Of a stretch of DNA of 64,000 bases, positions 61,501 through 64,000 are shown one piece after another (positions within the stretch are counted from its first letter, which is position 1; every line of letters begins with the position of its first letter). Location: assembly GCF_006345805.1 (NCBI RefSeq), contig NC_043006.1:45756001-45820000 (forward strand), written 5' to 3'. A program made the translations under genes and the position numbers. Under the pieces are notes generated by a model, which was not told where the DNA came from, made no database searches, and worked only from the letters and a program-made list of their open reading frames with translations. Origin of the DNA: Octopus sinensis. Its lineage: Eukaryota.

Positions 61501-62229
61501 TGACTGAACCTACCCTACACCCTATACAAGGAAACCATCTAAACCCACTTGTTGCATCCACCTCAGTTGTGACCCCCACCCCCATGCTACTTAGTTTTGT
61601 TAATCCTTCTTCCCCAAAACTACATACGCTTTATTCCCCAACCATTCACCTACCCTCTACCTCTTCCTATTGAGTATTAATGTCTCAAACCTCATTGCCA
61701 CCCTCTTTCACACCCCACCCTTAGCTACACCCATGTCTCCTAAATAGGAGAGCTGAAAAAATTTGAGACTCCTTCTTAAACTAGAAACCCTTTAAATAAA
61801 TATTCATGTGAATAATAAAATTATTAGATACTGTTATACATCGCTGGTCACAATATGCTTTGTATTGTTTTACATGTTAAATGATGTCATCCTCCTGGCT
61901 AGGTGAGCAGGCTAACATTCCTTCTGATTGGAAAGTTAACCCATTTACAGCTGAGTGGACTGAGCAACATGAACTGAGGTGTTTTTCCCAAGAACTCAAT
62001 GTGCTGCTCAGTCTTGGAATTGAACCCGCAGTTGTGAGTGTAACACCCTAACCACTAGGCCACAGTTAGAATCCCAATGAAGGACAATCAAACAGTACCA
62101 ATGTATGTTATAATACAAACAACAAAACCATAAAACCAAAAAAAAAACAAAAGAACCCCTTAACTGGGTCAACCCTACAGGAATGAAAGACAACTTAGAA
62201 CAAGAACACAAGATTGAGAAGATTCACAG

Positions 62230-62468
62230 AGATTATGTGAACATTGTTCGAAAACAATTGTTTGAAAACAATTCTTCAAAAAACATTCGAATGGAGAAGT
62301 GTATGAAGAAAAATTATTCAAAAGGACAATTATACAAGATGTTAATTATTCTAAATTTTTTAATTTTATTTAAACAAAAATGATAAAATTAAAAATCAAG
62401 TACACAAATGATATTTATTTCGAATAACTGTTTTTCAAATAATTGTTTTCGAACAATTTTCATGAGTT
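62230..62468. mobile_element. Foldback/MULE-like MITE
   Basis: Imperfect TIRs of about 50 bp built from tcgaaaacaatt units; flanking direct repeat attcacag (62222-29 and 62469-76). Confidence 0.6.
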
Positions 62469-62849
62469 ATTCACAGATAGCAAGCACATCAAACATATAT
62501 TTCCATCACACTCGCATGCACACACGTGTCCACAAGCACTAAAAGATTTTTTGTTTTCATCAGTTTATCTAACTTATTCTATTGTTATTTTAAAATTTAC
62601 AAAGTATTGATCCCTAACAAAAATAGAAGACCAGGAATTTCCTAGGATTATAATCAGCCCAAGTGTATTACTGATACATGATTTATCAGCACCAAAAAGA
62701 TTAAAAAAAAAAAAAAAAGGAATTGACCTTGGTGATATTTGAACTCAGATCCTAGAGATACTTGGCAAAATAGTACAAGGATGCTAACACCACTTTATCA
62801 GTTTTGCCAATCAGTTCACCTGTTGGTCTAAAAATTGACAAAATATACT

Positions 62850-63980
62850 TTTTTACTCTAGGCACGAGGCCCCAGATTTTGGGGGGAGGGGGCCAGTTGA
62901 TTAGATCGACCCCAGTATGCAACTGGTACTTAATTTGTCGACCCTGACAGGATGAAAGTCAAAGTTGACCTTGACAGAATTTGAACTCAGAACATAAAGA
63001 CAGACGAAATACCGCTAAGCATTTCTGCCAGCTCACCACCTTAAAATTTACAAAATTTACCAAAAGTTGATTGCAAGAAAAAATACAAACTACAGCAACA
63101 AAAACAACAACTTGTATTTACCATTGGGTTCCATCCAGCTTATAATGGAATGATTGGCTGGATGTCTTGGTAGAAATGGTAGAATACCATATGTGGATGG
63201 CATAAAAGATGCATGGATAGATATATGAGACAGTCCCATTTCAACAGCATGTCATCATCATCACTGTTTAACATCTGCCTTCTATGCTGGCATGAGTTGG
63301 ATGGTTTGGCAGGAGCTGGTCAGGCAGGAGCCTGCACCAGGCTTCTCTGTCTGTTTTGGCAGGGTTTTTATAACTAGATACTCTTCCTAACACCAACCAC
63401 TAGGCAGAGTGGACAGTGCTTTTAATGGGCACAAGCACAGGCAAGGTTAGTTTTGTTATGGTTTTTTACAGCTGGGTACCCTTCCAAATGTCAACCACTG
63501 GTACCAACACCTGCAGGGCCATCAAATAACTTACAAGACAAAGATCCTTTGAGAGGGGTGGGGGTATTGGAGGAAGTGATCTTGTGTTGGATGATGAAAG
63601 ACTTTAGTGAGACAGAAACAGGCGAAATGTTTAGCGGTATTTCATCTGCCGTTACGTTCTGAGTTCAAATTCCGCCGAGGTCGACTTTGCCTATATTGTT
63701 TCAGTCATCTGACTGGCCTTGCTGGAGCACTGCCTCAAAGAGTTTTACTCAAAAAAATTGACTTCAGAATTTATTTTTTCAAGCCTACTACTTATTCTAT
63801 CAGTGTCTTTTGCTAAACCACTAAGTTCTGGGAATGTAAACACACCAGCACTGGTGAATTAGGTTTACCCAAGGCTATAGTAGAAGACACCTCCATGAGA
63901 TGCCATGCAGTGGTACTGAACCCGAAACCATGTAGTTGGGAAGCAAGCTTCTTTCCATACAGCCATGCCTGCACCTAAAT
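62850..63980. mobile_element. Family B (minus, 62850-63042), family E (minus, 63255-63620), family B head (plus, 63620-63692), family A (minus, 63695-63978)
   Basis: Consensus matches. Confidence 0.8.
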
Positions 63981-64000
63981 ATATACATACACACACACAC

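Noticed and set aside
941-63816. The ORF track as protein-coding genes
   Set aside because: All ORFs are under 180 aa. Most are translations of microsatellites (HTHT, YIYI, LSLS, CVCV) or recurrent SINE text (GRPEAIVEDTCPRCHAVGLNPEPCG, LVSKLLTTQPL).
1-64000. Prokaryotic or viral accessory system (defence island, prophage, operon)
   Set aside because: No gene-dense segment, Shine-Dalgarno/ORF pairs or compositional island; the sequence is uniformly eukaryotic repeat-rich DNA.

Overview
This is AT-rich, microsatellite-dense eukaryotic DNA with no long ORF, operon, rRNA, intact tRNA gene or CRISPR array. Nearly all ORF-track entries are translations of microsatellites or SINEs. The repeat families look like those I recall from Octopus (coleoid cephalopod) genomes; this is inferred from memory, not searched. 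The window is mostly interspersed repeats: at least five tRNA-derived or SINE-like families (my labels A-E), TTAA-flanked piggyBac-type MITEs, hAT MITEs with 8-bp TSDs, decayed R4/Dong and RTE LINE 3' ends, and a Helentron-like end. The most notable signal is a set of minimal type-I hammerhead ribozyme motifs of the Penelope-like kind. Two sit inside a short element with a Pol III tRNA head (24.5 and 30.1 kb, minus strand), two lie 229 nt apart at 21.2-21.5 kb, and one decayed copy is at 50.1 kb. There is weak to moderate evidence for a spliced minus-strand gene near 36.06-36.40 kb plus scattered candidate exons; no protein could be identified. Repeat boundaries were read by eye and are approximate (about 10-20 nt) unless a TSD or motif is quoted.
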